From a virus: a stretch of 64,000 nucleotides of DNA. The DNA is taken from positions 1-64,000 of IMG/VR virus record IMGVR_UViG_3300035180_001563. One strand, 5' to 3'. The position numbers and the translations under genes are program-made. Numbering within the stretch: the first letter of the stretch is position 1; each line of letters opens with the position of its first letter. Of the stretch, positions 14,661-25,878 are shown one piece after another. The notes beneath the pieces are model-generated. The model worked only from the letters and a program-made list of their open reading frames with translations, had not been told where the DNA came from and made no database searches.

Positions 14661-16130
14661 TTATGATGTCTTGATAATTGCGTCCAACATACCAGCTGGT
14701 ACCGCACCCAGTGTTGTGCTTGGTGTTATCTTATAAATTGCTGTTCTCGTTTGAGTTTGCATATTCTGGTAAAATAGTGTAGGAGTAGACGTGGCATTAT
14801 AAAACATTCCTGGTCCATTAGCAGCAATACCAGAACTGAGTTTTGTTGCATATGTGTAATATGAAGGGAATGTCATTTCATTTGCGGATGAGTATGCTAC
14901 TGATAAACCATTATCAACTGAGCTATACGAAGATAATATTGGTGCATACGTTGAATTATCACCAAGAACCAGTTTATCTCCATATAAGAACGAAGCAGAA
15001 GACGGGTTCGTTCCGGTGATGGATGAACTTATGGAATTAAGTACTAGAGATCCTACTGATAGCGTCCAATTATCACCATATTTCACAATTGATGTATTAG
15101 ATGAGTTTGACATAACCCATGTAGTTGAGGCTGTGGATACTCCTGGTGAAATTGACGTGGTGGGGTTACTATATGTAGTACCATTTGCGATTTCAGTACC
15201 ACTAAATACAACATTATTTGAACCATAATCTGTAGCAAATATGTCTCCACTTAGATACAGATACGAACCAACACCCGAGTTAACAACAAAACTACCAACA
15301 TATTGTTGTTTACCGACCAAGCTTGCTCCTGTCATGTTTATATTATTTGACATTCTCCAACCAAAACGAGTAGGTCCATACGTACAGTTGCCAACAGAAT
15401 TAATTAAATTACCACCCCAAACCCATGAACCACTAACAGTTGGTGTATCTGAGTACACATAACTAATATACCAAGGATAATTATTCGTACTCGTGCCATC
15501 ATATGCAGAAACAATCGAATAACATCTTACTGAAGAAAATGAAAATATAGGACCAAAAAAGTGTACACTCATATTTTGTGGTAGAGAATTGATTGTTCCA
15601 AACGTCGTCGCTGCAGACCATGATACTCCAAGATTAGTACTCGTATAGTATCCTATATAACTAGTAGATGAATATGCAGAAGCTTGTAAAAATATCGTGT
15701 TGGATATAGGATTGTAGTTTAATTTAAGATTGTCATAATAAACCCAGAGCGATGTATTGATAGATACAGAAGATGAATTTGTTATCCAGGTATTTCCACT
15801 ATCATTTGAATACATTATTCGAACATATAGAGTCGTAGACCCAACTATTCTGTACGTTCCAAACACAAGAAAACCAGTTTGTGGATCATAATAACCATTT
15901 TCAAACTGTGACCATGTTTGTCCATCAGCAGGATCATCTGTGAATATCTGAGTCATTTGAGGAGTTGGAGTTGTAACTCCATACAAAGATGTATCACCGG
16001 CGGGGTTTAGTGACTGAATTGCTTTCCAACCAGTTGGAGGATTTTCTCTATTGGGGTATCCTCGTATGATTGACCCTTTAGGTAAGCCTCCACTACCACC
16101 TTGACTATAAAATTGCGTTAATGTACTCAC
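14661..16130 (-). CDS. Putative receptor-binding/tail-fibre tip protein
   Basis: MSTLTQFY..GG start, Ser/Thr/Tyr-rich, Asp-box-like SNDSGNTW and STNLGVSW. Confidence 0.65.
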   Translation of the reverse strand: MSTLTQFYSQGGSGGLPKGSIIRGYPNRENPPTGWKAIQSLNPAGDTSLYGVTTPTPQMTQIFTDDPADGQTWSQFENGYYDPQTGFLVFGTYRIVGSTTLYVRIMYSNDSGNTWITNSSSVSINTSLWVYYDNLKLNYNPISNTIFLQASAYSSTSYIGYYTSTNLGVSWSAATTFGTINSLPQNMSVHFFGPIFSFSSVRCYSIVSAYDGTSTNNYPWYISYVYSDTPTVSGSWVWGGNLINSVGNCTYGPTRFGWRMSNNINMTGASLVGKQQYVGSFVVNSGVGSYLYLSGDIFATDYGSNNVVFSGTEIANGTTYSNPTTSISPGVSTASTTWVMSNSSNTSIVKYGDNWTLSVGSLVLNSISSSITGTNPSSASFLYGDKLVLGDNSTYAPILSSYSSVDNGLSVAYSSANEMTFPSYYTYATKLSSGIAANGPGMFYNATSTPTLFYQNMQTQTRTAIYKITPSTTLGAVPAGMLDAIIKTS

Positions 16131-16160
16131 AACAGCTCCTTTTTACTAATTACATTTTAT

Positions 16161-17663
16161 TTATATTAAAACCCACCCTGGATTTGTTGTATTTCCTGAG
16201 TATTGTAATCCAAAGCTGGCATTTGATACGTCAACAGTCATAGAACCTGACACACCCATTATCCGACATGTTCCGTATGGGATTATTGTACATGTGAGTG
16301 TTCCACTTAAGTTTACAAATCTCACTATATCTCCAGTTACTGGGGCAGAAGGTAATGATAAAGCAACAGAAGCAGTTGCAACATATGTTATTCCAGCAAC
16401 AGCTGTTATGTTTGTACTTATCAAAGATATAGGACTATTGCTCTGTGGATGTTTCCATGTAAGTGGTGTTGGGTCAGTGGCACCATTCCACGTTAGACAC
16501 GTAAACAGATCTGACATTGGGGGGGCTGGAATAAATCCAGTTACTCCTGCAGACGTTTGATAAACAATATTAAATGAGTCTCCACCCATAATGTTTGTTG
16601 TTGAACCAGCAGACCCAGTAGTATTTTGATTTAATGTTGGAATATCAGCTGCAGTAATTGCTCTAAATGTTGGTGTTCCTGATGATCCACTGGGGGCAGC
16701 GAAAAAATAATTGGCTGTTTGTGATCCTATTGCAGCAATAACATCAGATGAATTAATGTTAGATCCAGTTGTAACTAATCCCTTGTTATTAACGGTAACT
16801 TTGCTATATGTTCCACTAACAACCCCAGAACTATTCAAAGATGTAATAATAGTGCCTGTACCAGAACCAACAACATCTCCCGATAAAGTTATATGTTGAC
16901 TACTTGCAGTATTATCAACATATAACTTATTGACTACATCTGAATCATTGACAAATCCACCAGTTGGTGTAGGAATCGTTACTCCAGTGTCAAGAGTCAT
17001 CGTTAAACTTCCAGTCATAGTACTTCCAGTTAACTGTACATATTTTGCATCAGCTTGAGCTACTGTTATACTTCCTGACCCACCAACTGCAATGATTATC
17101 CAGGCTCCTTCGTTCGAATAAACACTCATAGTATCATTACTTGTGTTAAACCATAGTTGACCTGCTATTGGGTTCATCGGAGGAGTTGAATTTGCGTAAT
17201 GTTCCAACATATGTAAGAAGTTTTTATTTAATACTTCTCCATAATTTAAGGCACCTCGACCAGGCAACGATAAACATGTTTGGTTGTTAATTTCATTTTT
17301 TGGAGCAATCAGAGGAGCTCTTGATGTATCTGTAAAATCTATGTAGTATCCAGAAACTATAACATCCACATTTGGATTTAATATTGGTAACGGATATATG
17401 GATTGATCTATACCAGATCCGGCTAGTGATTGATTTGTAACTACTTTCGTGATTAGATTTACAGGATCGTACGTTGACGATAGAACGCTGAGATTTGTAC
17501 AATTTTTTAGTGTTATGTTAGTTAATGGATTGATTATATCAAATAAAGACCCAGGTTGAAATATTGCTGTCACGTCTCCAAAATCTACTATTGTGATTGT
17601 ATTTGTAACTATATCAACTTTTGTTTGTATGTCAACATGAAAAGAACGAGCACTAATAGTCAT
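16161..17663 (-). CDS. Virion fibre/baseplate-attached protein
   Basis: NYGE..N.NF..MLEHYA...GQLWF domain; ITLSGDV.GSG and GTYSKVTVN.KG repeats. Confidence 0.75.
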   Translation of the reverse strand: MTISARSFHVDIQTKVDIVTNTITIVDFGDVTAIFQPGSLFDIINPLTNITLKNCTNLSVLSSTYDPVNLITKVVTNQSLAGSGIDQSIYPLPILNPNVDVIVSGYYIDFTDTSRAPLIAPKNEINNQTCLSLPGRGALNYGEVLNKNFLHMLEHYANSTPPMNPIAGQLWFNTSNDTMSVYSNEGAWIIIAVGGSGSITVAQADAKYVQLTGSTMTGSLTMTLDTGVTIPTPTGGFVNDSDVVNKLYVDNTASSQHITLSGDVVGSGTGTIITSLNSSGVVSGTYSKVTVNNKGLVTTGSNINSSDVIAAIGSQTANYFFAAPSGSSGTPTFRAITAADIPTLNQNTTGSAGSTTNIMGGDSFNIVYQTSAGVTGFIPAPPMSDLFTCLTWNGATDPTPLTWKHPQSNSPISLISTNITAVAGITYVATASVALSLPSAPVTGDIVRFVNLSGTLTCTIIPYGTCRIMGVSGSMTVDVSNASFGLQYSGNTTNPGWVLI

Positions 17664-17666
17664 TTG

Positions 17667-19118
17667 TTATCCTCCAAATACTAAAAATTCAACTAATTCA
17701 CCACCTGTAAGTATAAGAGGAGATGTAAAAGTTATTTGTGTTGTGGTTGTTTCAGTATAAGAGTTTGTTACGTATGCTTTCACTCCGTTGATAAAAACCC
17801 AAAGATGATTTGTTCCAATTGTATAACTGAATGGTAGGTTGAACACAGTTTGCCCAGCGCCTGCAGTAATCACTATTCGTTTAATATCTGCGACTGTTGA
17901 AATAGACGTGTCAACATATGATTTGGATACAGCCCCATTCGGATCAACAGTTGGGGTTGAGTTGAGAACTATATCTCCAGTCATAGTTCCCCCACTTTTA
18001 GTTAAAAATAACAAGTTAGCTGATATGGTGTCGACATATAAAGACAAGTTATTATCAACATACTGTTTTGTTACTGCACCGAGAGTAGATGTTGGGTCTG
18101 CATTGAGAATCAATGCTCCGTTCATCGTGTCTCCAGCTAAATTAACTGGCGTAAATCCTAGGTTGTTTTGTTTTGTTCCTAAAACTGTTGTGACATTTGT
18201 GTCGAGTGTAGATACACTAACATCAACATATTGCTTCGTTGCTGCCCCCAAACCAGTGATTGGATCGGCGTTGAGGATTAATGAGCCAGTCATTGTACTA
18301 CCATTTAACTGAACATATCGTCCATCAGCAAATACCTGCGATATACCACTAACGGAAACTGCTGCAGTAATTGAATTATCAACATATTGTTTTGTGGCAG
18401 CTTCGAGATTATTATTTGGATCTGCGTGTAATGTAAGTGTTCCGGATAACGTTCCACCATTTATGTGGAGATATAAACCATCTGCTTGAGATTGCGTAAA
18501 TTCTCCAAGCACAGTTGTGTTAATCGCATTAATTATAGTTGTATCAACATATTGTTTTGTAGCGGCATCGTATAAACCTGATGGATCCGAACTAAGTGTT
18601 AACGTTCCAGATAAAGTTCCACCGTTTATGTGGAGATATAAACCATCTGCTTGGGTTTGCGTAAAATCAGAACTTTCAAGAGCTGCTATAGATGAATCAA
18701 CATATTGTTTTGTAGCGGCTTGAAGAGATGACGTTGGATCCCCATTAAGTATTAGGTTACCAGAGAGAACTCCTCCTCCAAGGATAGTTACAACTCCATC
18801 CCAACCCAAACCATCTCTGTATATGTTTAAAATACCTGCACTGTTATTATACCACAATTGACCAACAGTAGGATAGACAGGTGGAGTTCCATTGCTTGCA
18901 AAATTTTCAAGCAAGTAAATGAAATTTTCTTGAACAAGATCACCGTATTCAGGGACACCTTTGCCTAAAATCAAAAGAGATGTGGAAGCGGTTAGTGAAT
19001 TAAATTCCCCCCCATGTAGAGAGGAATTTAGGGGGGCGCTGGGACCATCCGTTTTATATTCGGGGATGGTAAAAGGAAGCTTTAATGTTGAATCTGTAAA
19101 GTTGATTGTATACGCCAT
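17667..19118 (-). CDS. Virion fibre protein with DP..xxAATKQYVD repeats
   Basis: YG...QENF..LLENFA...GQLWY domain and about 6 GG(T)xxG.L.L..DP....AATKQYVD repeats. Confidence 0.8.
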   Translation of the reverse strand: MAYTINFTDSTLKLPFTIPEYKTDGPSAPLNSSLHGGEFNSLTASTSLLILGKGVPEYGDLVQENFIYLLENFASNGTPPVYPTVGQLWYNNSAGILNIYRDGLGWDGVVTILGGGVLSGNLILNGDPTSSLQAATKQYVDSSIAALESSDFTQTQADGLYLHINGGTLSGTLTLSSDPSGLYDAATKQYVDTTIINAINTTVLGEFTQSQADGLYLHINGGTLSGTLTLHADPNNNLEAATKQYVDNSITAAVSVSGISQVFADGRYVQLNGSTMTGSLILNADPITGLGAATKQYVDVSVSTLDTNVTTVLGTKQNNLGFTPVNLAGDTMNGALILNADPTSTLGAVTKQYVDNNLSLYVDTISANLLFLTKSGGTMTGDIVLNSTPTVDPNGAVSKSYVDTSISTVADIKRIVITAGAGQTVFNLPFSYTIGTNHLWVFINGVKAYVTNSYTETTTTQITFTSPLILTGGELVEFLVFGG

Positions 19119-19182
19119 ATTATATTGTGCTTAATGTTAATCACAATATATTTATGCTTATAGGCAACAAACGTAAAACAAC

Positions 19183-19887
19183 CTAAGATGTCCAAACTAT
19201 GGCGTGAATTACATCAGCATTTGTTTGAGAAGGTTCTTCGGAGACGCTGGCAATTTGTGTCTTTAAAGTACTTAAATGTTTACGTTGAGTTTCTATATAT
19301 CTTAACATATCTTCATTTAATACACGGACTTGATTAGCAGTGTGTGGTTTTAATGTCCAACTAGCGTTGTCATTAGGGACGGAACACCAAACCAACACAC
19401 TCCAATCTGCAGGGTTTGTTGGATTCATCGAAGCTGATACAGCAGTTAATAAATTTTGTTGATCGATTGGAGATGACCCATAAAAATAAGAAGATCCAAT
19501 AGCACTGCTAACAAAACCAGATACACATGCTGCTGAACAACAACTATTCAACATCGATATTTTGTTAATTTTAATATGTGGTATATTGGGAAGTGTGGTT
19601 ACTACACCATTCAGATAATATGTTGAACTTTCTTGAAGCATCCCATTGAGGGTTTCACTGTTTGAATTAAACGTTTGTAATAACTTAGTTATAACATCTG
19701 GATCTGATATAATTTTATAATTTTGAGGTTTGGAATCAACTAAAGATTGCAAATCATCATCTAATATTCCAACAATTGTAATTATTAGATTTGTTGTTGG
19801 ATCTGTGAATATTACTAATTGGTTCATGATTATTCGCCTATGACAGTAAATATAGTTTTTAGAGATATTTTGGTAAGGGTAACCCAT
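19183..19887 (-). CDS. Tail-fibre assembly-type protein (DUF4376-like)
   Basis: GFVSSAIG..YFY.S..IDQQNL, WC, HTANQV; probable start at MNQLV. Confidence 0.7.
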   Translation of the reverse strand: MGYPYQNISKNYIYCHRRIIMNQLVIFTDPTTNLIITIVGILDDDLQSLVDSKPQNYKIISDPDVITKLLQTFNSNSETLNGMLQESSTYYLNGVVTTLPNIPHIKINKISMLNSCCSAACVSGFVSSAIGSSYFYGSSPIDQQNLLTAVSASMNPTNPADWSVLVWCSVPNDNASWTLKPHTANQVRVLNEDMLRYIETQRKHLSTLKTQIASVSEEPSQTNADVIHAIVWTS

Positions 19888-21437
19888 GATGATTGAGCCA
19901 TAGCATATGCTTGAATCGTCACTCTAATCGGTGTGTTCGCAGGTAAAGCAGGATAGTTCCACTCGAACGGATCTTGGAAAACGCTTCCTGTTGAGGTGTA
20001 GTAAGCTGGCATACTATAATCATTAGGAAAAGTTACATTCCATGCTTTTGTATATCCTGGAGGAGAGTCTACCGAGTAACCTTGTGCATCAACAGATACA
20101 TAACCAGAAAAAGTTCCAGTAGAATCTGTAGCTTGTCCCCATCGACCATCGGAAGAGTTTGGTATTATAACCCATGTTCCTCCTACATACTTCTCCATCT
20201 TTACATAATGACCTGCTACTGTTACAGTTGAGCCACTAAATGTATGATTACTTGTAACATTCAAATTTACACGACAGGTTTGAGGACACGTAAAGGTGAA
20301 TATATTCTGCCCACATAATGTAGAGGCATATGGATATAGACCAGAGTACCATCCACTACCAGCAGAATACATAGGATGGTTTCTGTATGTGGAACTATAT
20401 ATAGGCACAAACGAATTCGTAAACGTTGAAGGTGTAGTTGTATTCCATGCTCCTACCCCATAACATATACTGCCACTTCCCAACCAAGCTGAGGTTGGTG
20501 CAAACATCTTGTATACTTTATTTTTAAACATTGGGTTTGTTGCATCCCAAGGAGTAGCAAGAACACTAGTTATGCGACCACTATTGTCAATTACAAGTTC
20601 TTGTATATTCCCATAACTCCCTGCAGCTACACCTGACGGTGCTAGAGTTGTTGAAACTGTTATGGTCCCTGTTCCAGATGGTGTTACTGTTCCTGTTACA
20701 TCCCCATTAAGAGTAAGGGTTCTATTAGCCAGCGAATCTACATATTGTTTTGTTGCAGCTCCCAAGTTGGCTGTTGGATTTGCACTTAAAATCAACAAAC
20801 CAGACATTGTAGAGCCAGACAATTTAACATATGTATTCCCAGCAACCGTACCAGCACCCGTAATTGCTACATCAACATACTGTTTTGTAGCAGCACCTAA
20901 ACTAGTGGTTGGATCAGAATGTAAGGTTAAATTTCCCAACAATGTTCCACCAGTTAATGGTAGATAGTTTGACGTGGTGTTGGTGACAAGTGTATCAACG
21001 TAAAGTTTCGTTGCAGCCCCTAAACTGGTAGTTGGATCAGCATTCAGGGTCAAATCCCCTGACATTGTTCCACCAGTTTTTTGTAAATATCTTAGATCTG
21101 CATCTGTTTGTGAAATTCCTGAAATTGAGGACCAAGACAAGGTTGTATCATACACCTTCAACAAATTGTGTCCCGAATCAAACCAAAGTTGTCCTATGGT
21201 TGGAAGTATTGGAGGTGTGTTATTAGCAAAATGTTCTAATAACCGAATCCAGTTCTCATTTGCTTTTTCCCCGTAACGAAGATAGCCCATTCCAAACAAG
21301 TTGATAGATGTATGACATTTTTGTGGATTAGTTGCAAATAAGTCTGGTCCATCATAGTCACCAGGGGCTATTTGAAACGGACTCTTACCAGACAAAGCAG
21401 GATTTTGAAAATCAATTGTGTAAACAGTGCCAATCAT
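19830..21437 (-). CDS. Virion fibre protein with AATKQYVD repeats
   Basis: Same N-terminal domain and repeats as 17667-19118. Confidence 0.8.
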   Translation of the reverse strand: MIGTVYTIDFQNPALSGKSPFQIAPGDYDGPDLFATNPQKCHTSINLFGMGYLRYGEKANENWIRLLEHFANNTPPILPTIGQLWFDSGHNLLKVYDTTLSWSSISGISQTDADLRYLQKTGGTMSGDLTLNADPTTSLGAATKLYVDTLVTNTTSNYLPLTGGTLLGNLTLHSDPTTSLGAATKQYVDVAITGAGTVAGNTYVKLSGSTMSGLLILSANPTANLGAATKQYVDSLANRTLTLNGDVTGTVTPSGTGTITVSTTLAPSGVAAGSYGNIQELVIDNSGRITSVLATPWDATNPMFKNKVYKMFAPTSAWLGSGSICYGVGAWNTTTPSTFTNSFVPIYSSTYRNHPMYSAGSGWYSGLYPYASTLCGQNIFTFTCPQTCRVNLNVTSNHTFSGSTVTVAGHYVKMEKYVGGTWVIIPNSSDGRWGQATDSTGTFSGYVSVDAQGYSVDSPPGYTKAWNVTFPNDYSMPAYYTSTGSVFQDPFEWNYPALPANTPIRVTIQAYAMAQSSWVTLTKISLKTIFTVIGE

Positions 21438-21475
21438 GAAAAAATTCCTTGATTATGTTATTATATTTATGTTAT

Positions 21476-22180
21476 TTATAAATCTAATTCCTTAACCAAT
21501 TTGTCCATGTACAGTTTGTCTTCGGCCCTACTCTCAAATTTTTGTTTCCAATACGAAAACCGAACTAGTTGACTTAAAATTAACTGTTCTTCCTTAGTCA
21601 TTAGTTCCATTTTCACCATAAATTTTTTACTTCTTAATAATATCCACGGAGATAACTTTCGTTCGCGGATCAATTGAATTATTTCACTTCCTGTTAAAAT
21701 ATCAAATATTTCTCCAATATCACATTCAGCAACATCTGACATTTTTTCAATCGTTTTTATTGTTATACCAGCCTGCTTTTTTGGAGACAATTTTCTATCC
21801 AAATATTCTAAATAAAATGTGTACATCTCATCTTTTGTCCAATGTGCAGGTAATATTCCTTTATCATTCATCATCTTTATGAACAATTCAGTTTCTGATA
21901 TTTTGAATTTTTTAACGAACTCAGCAAATTTCATAAATGGTTTATATTGTTTTGAATTGATAAAAGAATCCATGCTCGGAGCTGTTCGTTTTTTTGTAGT
22001 GAACCACAATTCATATAATATGAATGCAGCTTGACCAACTGGACTCTTGGAGTCTTCAATCCGTTTCATTTTTTCACATTTATGAGACAAAAATCCAGTA
22101 TCTGTTTTGAAATCTTTCCCACAGTGATGACATGTTAGAATGTTTGTGAATATGTTGCTATCATTACTCATTAGGTTCAT
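21476..22180 (-). CDS. Zinc-finger-containing phage protein
   Basis: CHHCGKDF...HKCEK; KLSPWILL. Confidence 0.7.
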   Translation of the reverse strand: MNLMSNDSNIFTNILTCHHCGKDFKTDTGFLSHKCEKMKRIEDSKSPVGQAAFILYELWFTTKKRTAPSMDSFINSKQYKPFMKFAEFVKKFKISETELFIKMMNDKGILPAHWTKDEMYTFYLEYLDRKLSPKKQAGITIKTIEKMSDVAECDIGEIFDILTGSEIIQLIRERKLSPWILLRSKKFMVKMELMTKEEQLILSQLVRFSYWKQKFESRAEDKLYMDKLVKELDL

Positions 22181-22182
22181 TT

Positions 22183-22686
22183 TTAAACGGTTCTACATTT
22201 TAACTCAGATTTTACCTTTTGAATCTCATCTTTTTGTAAACCTTGTTGCTCTGCAAACTGTAGTATAGTGTCATTGGATAGTAAAGAATATACCTCGTTT
22301 GCCTGCTGTGTACTATAACCATAATGATTACATATGACTTTGATGCTGTGTTTGTGTTTGTGTGAAGTTGATTTCACTTTCATCCATTTATATTTTTGTG
22401 GTTTTACTGTACATATTGTCATAAGTTTATACAATAAATCTGGATGTTTATTTAAAGTGAATATAAATGGATTGACAAACTCACTCAACATGACAATCTG
22501 AGCTGGATCGCTAGTACCAGATTGCCAACGAGTTGTAACAAGAGGGATAAATCCCTTTCGTTCTTCCTCTTCTAAATTACTATAAAATTCATAGTTTTTC
22601 TTATTTAGTTGATTAAGAACGAGGAATATGTCAAGTTTATACTTCTTTGTGTCGCCCATCACTACCTTCTTCGAGAGCTGTAACAT
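22183..22686 (-). CDS. Probable clamp loader small subunit (gp62-like)
   Basis: F.P.V..RW.S, YKWMK, YGYS..QA.E...LL pattern; near large subunit. Confidence 0.55.
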   Translation of the reverse strand: MLQLSKKVVMGDTKKYKLDIFLVLNQLNKKNYEFYSNLEEEERKGFIPLVTTRWQSGTSDPAQIVMLSEFVNPFIFTLNKHPDLLYKLMTICTVKPQKYKWMKVKSTSHKHKHSIKVICNHYGYSTQQANEVYSLLSNDTILQFAEQQGLQKDEIQKVKSELKCRTV

Positions 22687-23047
22687 TTACTCTTTCTTCC
22701 TCAGATACTGGTTTCATCGTCTTTTCACAGAACTTACAAGTTACAGTTTCAGTTATTTCATTATACACCAACATATCATATGGGTGAATACATTCTTCTG
22801 TCATAACGACTCGTAATTCTGAGATTTCATCATATGTTGGTTGCATTTTTGCTCGAATTTCCATTATCTTATCTTCAAGTGGTCTAAGCAACTTGACTAA
22901 TTTTTCCATGTTATTACGTTTTCGTTCCCATGCTGTTTTTTCACTTCTAGTTGCATGATTAGAAACAGCCTCAAATATATTGCGAACCGTTGCTTGTTCA
23001 GGTGTTTCAAATTCTGGTTTCTTTACTCTTGACATTATTAACTCCAA
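22637..23047 (-). CDS. Hypothetical protein, coiled coil plus Cys/His cluster
   Basis: CIHP...CKFC. Confidence 0.65.
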   Translation of the reverse strand: MELIMSRVKKPEFETPEQATVRNIFEAVSNHATRSEKTAWERKRNNMEKLVKLLRPLEDKIMEIRAKMQPTYDEISELRVVMTEECIHPYDMLVYNEITETVTCKFCEKTMKPVSEEERVNVTALEEGSDGRHKEV

Positions 23048-23658
23048 TCATGTAAGCGACTGAATGCCTTAGCAATTGAATTGGCAGCAGTAGGAATATC
23101 ATTATTAACGTGGTTTGTTTTAGTTAAAGAATCAATTTCAAGTTGTTTTAAGCTAATTATCTTTTCTAATTGTTCCACTTTTGCAGTTAGAGCAGAGATA
23201 GAATGTTTTGATATTGTTTCCCAAAAAATTGTTACAGCTATATCAGGTTTATAGTTTGCACCATATGAATTTTTAATTGCGACTAATGGTGTTTGAGTGG
23301 TTGATGCTGTAACTAATCCGGGGTATGGAGCAATACCAACATATTGTACTGTATTTGTCTGTAAGTTATTGTCAGTATGATATGTTCGTTTATTGCGATT
23401 TACTTGTGAATCATCATTACATGCCATTTCTTGTAGTGTTTTTGATGTGAATGTTTGTTTTGATGCTGCATCTGGGTTGGAAAAAGTACTGAAACACTCA
23501 GCGTCAAACTCAGCTCTGAAAGAAGTGTTGTTTTTTTGCTCTGTTGGTTCGTAAGAAACCTTCCAATTAGCCCTATTTTCAGGGGCTTGTGATACTGGTT
23601 GCTCCATCAGAGTTACACTCCAAGGAGTAATTGTTCCATACCATTGTTCTTCTATCAT
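23038..23658 (-). CDS. Hypothetical protein
   Basis: 206-aa ORF with AGGAG RBS. Confidence 0.65.
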   Translation of the reverse strand: MIEEQWYGTITPWSVTLMEQPVSQAPENRANWKVSYEPTEQKNNTSFRAEFDAECFSTFSNPDAASKQTFTSKTLQEMACNDDSQVNRNKRTYHTDNNLQTNTVQYVGIAPYPGLVTASTTQTPLVAIKNSYGANYKPDIAVTIFWETISKHSISALTAKVEQLEKIISLKQLEIDSLTKTNHVNNDIPTAANSIAKAFSRLHDWS

Positions 23659-23671
23659 TATATTCTCCTAA

Positions 23672-24601
23672 TTAAAGTTGTCCGAGACGGATTAAACAAG
23701 CTGCCATACAGATTTCTGGATCAGCTGATAGTGCATGTTTATAAAGTTGTTCAGCAATGATTACAATACCTTCTTCCCATCGTTCAGTGTTTTGAAATTT
23801 CGGAGCACGAGACAAATTCTCATATAAAAATTTATATAAGTCTTCCCACTCTTCACCAGAAACATTCTCACACACCAATTCTCTAGCCGATGCCCATCTA
23901 TCTAATTGAATTAAGTCAATTAATTCAAACATATAATCACCAACTTCTCCCTGTGATGTGAGTGTTTGAAGGATTCCATTATGGGAATTTTGTTGCATCA
24001 AATGAATTATTTTACGAATGTCTGGATAACCAACAGAAACATACTTATCCAACGTCTGGAGATCGAATTTGATTTTTTCACCGATGAGAATTGTAGCGAC
24101 ATATTCAGTCACGTTATTACGATCTGCCGCTTTAAACCTGAAATGCTGACAACGAGACCGTACTGCTGGAATTATTTTATTTTCATAATTGCATGTTAAA
24201 ATAAATCTAGATACGTCAGCATATTCTTCCATAATCACTCGAAGAACAGCTTGTCCATTAGGAGTAATATAGTCCGCTTCTTCAAGTAACACTACTTTAT
24301 AATCACCCATCGCATAGGTGGTAATAAAACCTTTGATCTTTTCACGTATAACATCAACACTATTTTCATCTGAAGCATTGATAATTAAAATGTCTGTTTC
24401 ATCTATTTCACACTGAGAAATAAGAATCTTTGCTATTGTGGTTTTACCAGTTCCTTGTGTTCCCGATAATAACAAATGAGGGATTGATTTAGTTTCAACC
24501 ATCCGTGTAAACGACTGTTGTTGTTTTTCATCGTGGAATACGTATTCGTCTAAAGTCTTTGGCCTATATTTCTCCACCCAAAGTGTTTCAAGCTGTGACA
24601 T
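23672..24601 (-). CDS. Clamp loader AAA+ subunit (gp44/RFC-like)
   Basis: WVEKYRP, GTQGTGKT, INASD, EEAD, SRC. Confidence 0.95.
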   Translation of the reverse strand: MSQLETLWVEKYRPKTLDEYVFHDEKQQQSFTRMVETKSIPHLLLSGTQGTGKTTIAKILISQCEIDETDILIINASDENSVDVIREKIKGFITTYAMGDYKVVLLEEADYITPNGQAVLRVIMEEYADVSRFILTCNYENKIIPAVRSRCQHFRFKAADRNNVTEYVATILIGEKIKFDLQTLDKYVSVGYPDIRKIIHLMQQNSHNGILQTLTSQGEVGDYMFELIDLIQLDRWASARELVCENVSGEEWEDLYKFLYENLSRAPKFQNTERWEEGIVIIAEQLYKHALSADPEICMAACLIRLGQL

Positions 24602-24658
24602 AAGTTAACCTCTATAATCTATGTTTAATTATACTTGATTTTTTCAAAAAATCAATAG

Positions 24659-25561
24659 TTAACTTGTTGACCTTATATCAGAGATTAATTGATTTTTTCT
24701 ATGTAACTGTTGGATGTGCTCATCGGTATCAACTGCTGGCAAATTACTATGTGTAGATTGTTTTATCTCTTCTGAGATTAACATCTTTATTTCTTCTGCT
24801 GTTAGACTAGATTCAGTATTTAACTCGACTGGTTTTTCTGGTATAACTGGTGGTGCGTTTAACAAAGCTTCCTGTTGTTCTTCTTTTCTAATTCTCAATG
24901 CGACGTTAACTCCAATCGTTAATGCTACTGCTAGTGGGTCAAATACAACAATTAATAATAATATGATATATTTGGTTGCATCATCAATGTCTTTACCAAA
25001 AGCTTTAGCTATATAAACGATCGGTCCTGTATGTGCTTGAGTTGATATTAACTGGGTACTCAGCTGTTGTATTTGACTTGTAAGTTCAGGTATACGGCTA
25101 TTGATAGTCTTAAGTTCAGGACCAAACGACTTCATTAACTGTTGTCTTCCTTTTATTGTATTTGTAGGCAGTAACTGAATTTGTTTATCAATTTCTGCTT
25201 TTCTATCGGAAAGTCTTTGCTGTTCTTGTTTTAAAAGTTCAACTTTTGTTTCAGATTGTTTGAGATTGATAGTATCAGCCTGATATCCGATAGATAGCAT
25301 ACCAAAAATACCAACCGAAGTAATAACCATCAACATTAACACAGCAACAACTAAGTAACTACGCAAAACCCACCCCAATTTTGCCCAATATCTATATAAA
25401 AAAGAAGCTGCAACTAGCTTTCCAGCTTCAAGAGATGCTCCCATAATTAATACAGGAGTCACCATTCCTTGAAATAATTGGGCTAATCCATATACACTAA
25501 AAAATGCGGCAGTTCCTGCAATTGATAGTGTAGATAAAAAGAGGATCGCAATAAAAAACAT
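24659..25561 (-). CDS. Membrane protein with coiled coil
   Basis: Three N-terminal hydrophobic segments, LEAGKLV, VFDPLAV. Confidence 0.8.
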   Translation of the reverse strand: MFFIAILFLSTLSIAGTAAFFSVYGLAQLFQGMVTPVLIMGASLEAGKLVAASFLYRYWAKLGWVLRSYLVVAVLMLMVITSVGIFGMLSIGYQADTINLKQSETKVELLKQEQQRLSDRKAEIDKQIQLLPTNTIKGRQQLMKSFGPELKTINSRIPELTSQIQQLSTQLISTQAHTGPIVYIAKAFGKDIDDATKYIILLLIVVFDPLAVALTIGVNVALRIRKEEQQEALLNAPPVIPEKPVELNTESSLTAEEIKMLISEEIKQSTHSNLPAVDTDEHIQQLHRKNQLISDIRSTS

Positions 25562-25566
25562 ATCAG

Positions 25567-25878
25567 TTATTCTTCTCTAATTGCAATAATTTCTTTTTCG
25601 ATTGTTCTCCACACTTTATGACCATTAAATTCGATACCTTCTGTCCAACGAAGAGGTTCAATCAACACTTCCATATCAACTTCAATGTTTTCAACACGAG
25701 GGCCTGTTGCAAGAACCTTTCCCCAACGAGCACTACTGGTACTATCGCTCATGGATTTAAAAATAATGCCAGTTTCAGTTTTATTTGTAAATCCTTTTTC
25801 ATTCACATCATCTAAAAATACAAAAAGAATTGAATCTCCTATTGCTCGTAGTGTTTGCTGTTCCATGTTATTCCTCAA
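25567..25878 (-). CDS. groES: GroES-like co-chaperonin
   Basis: LRAIGDSIL, TETGII, GKVLATGP, EKEIIAI. Confidence 0.85.
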   Translation of the reverse strand: MRNNMEQQTLRAIGDSILFVFLDDVNEKGFTNKTETGIIFKSMSDSTSSARWGKVLATGPRVENIEVDMEVLIEPLRWTEGIEFNGHKVWRTIEKEIIAIREE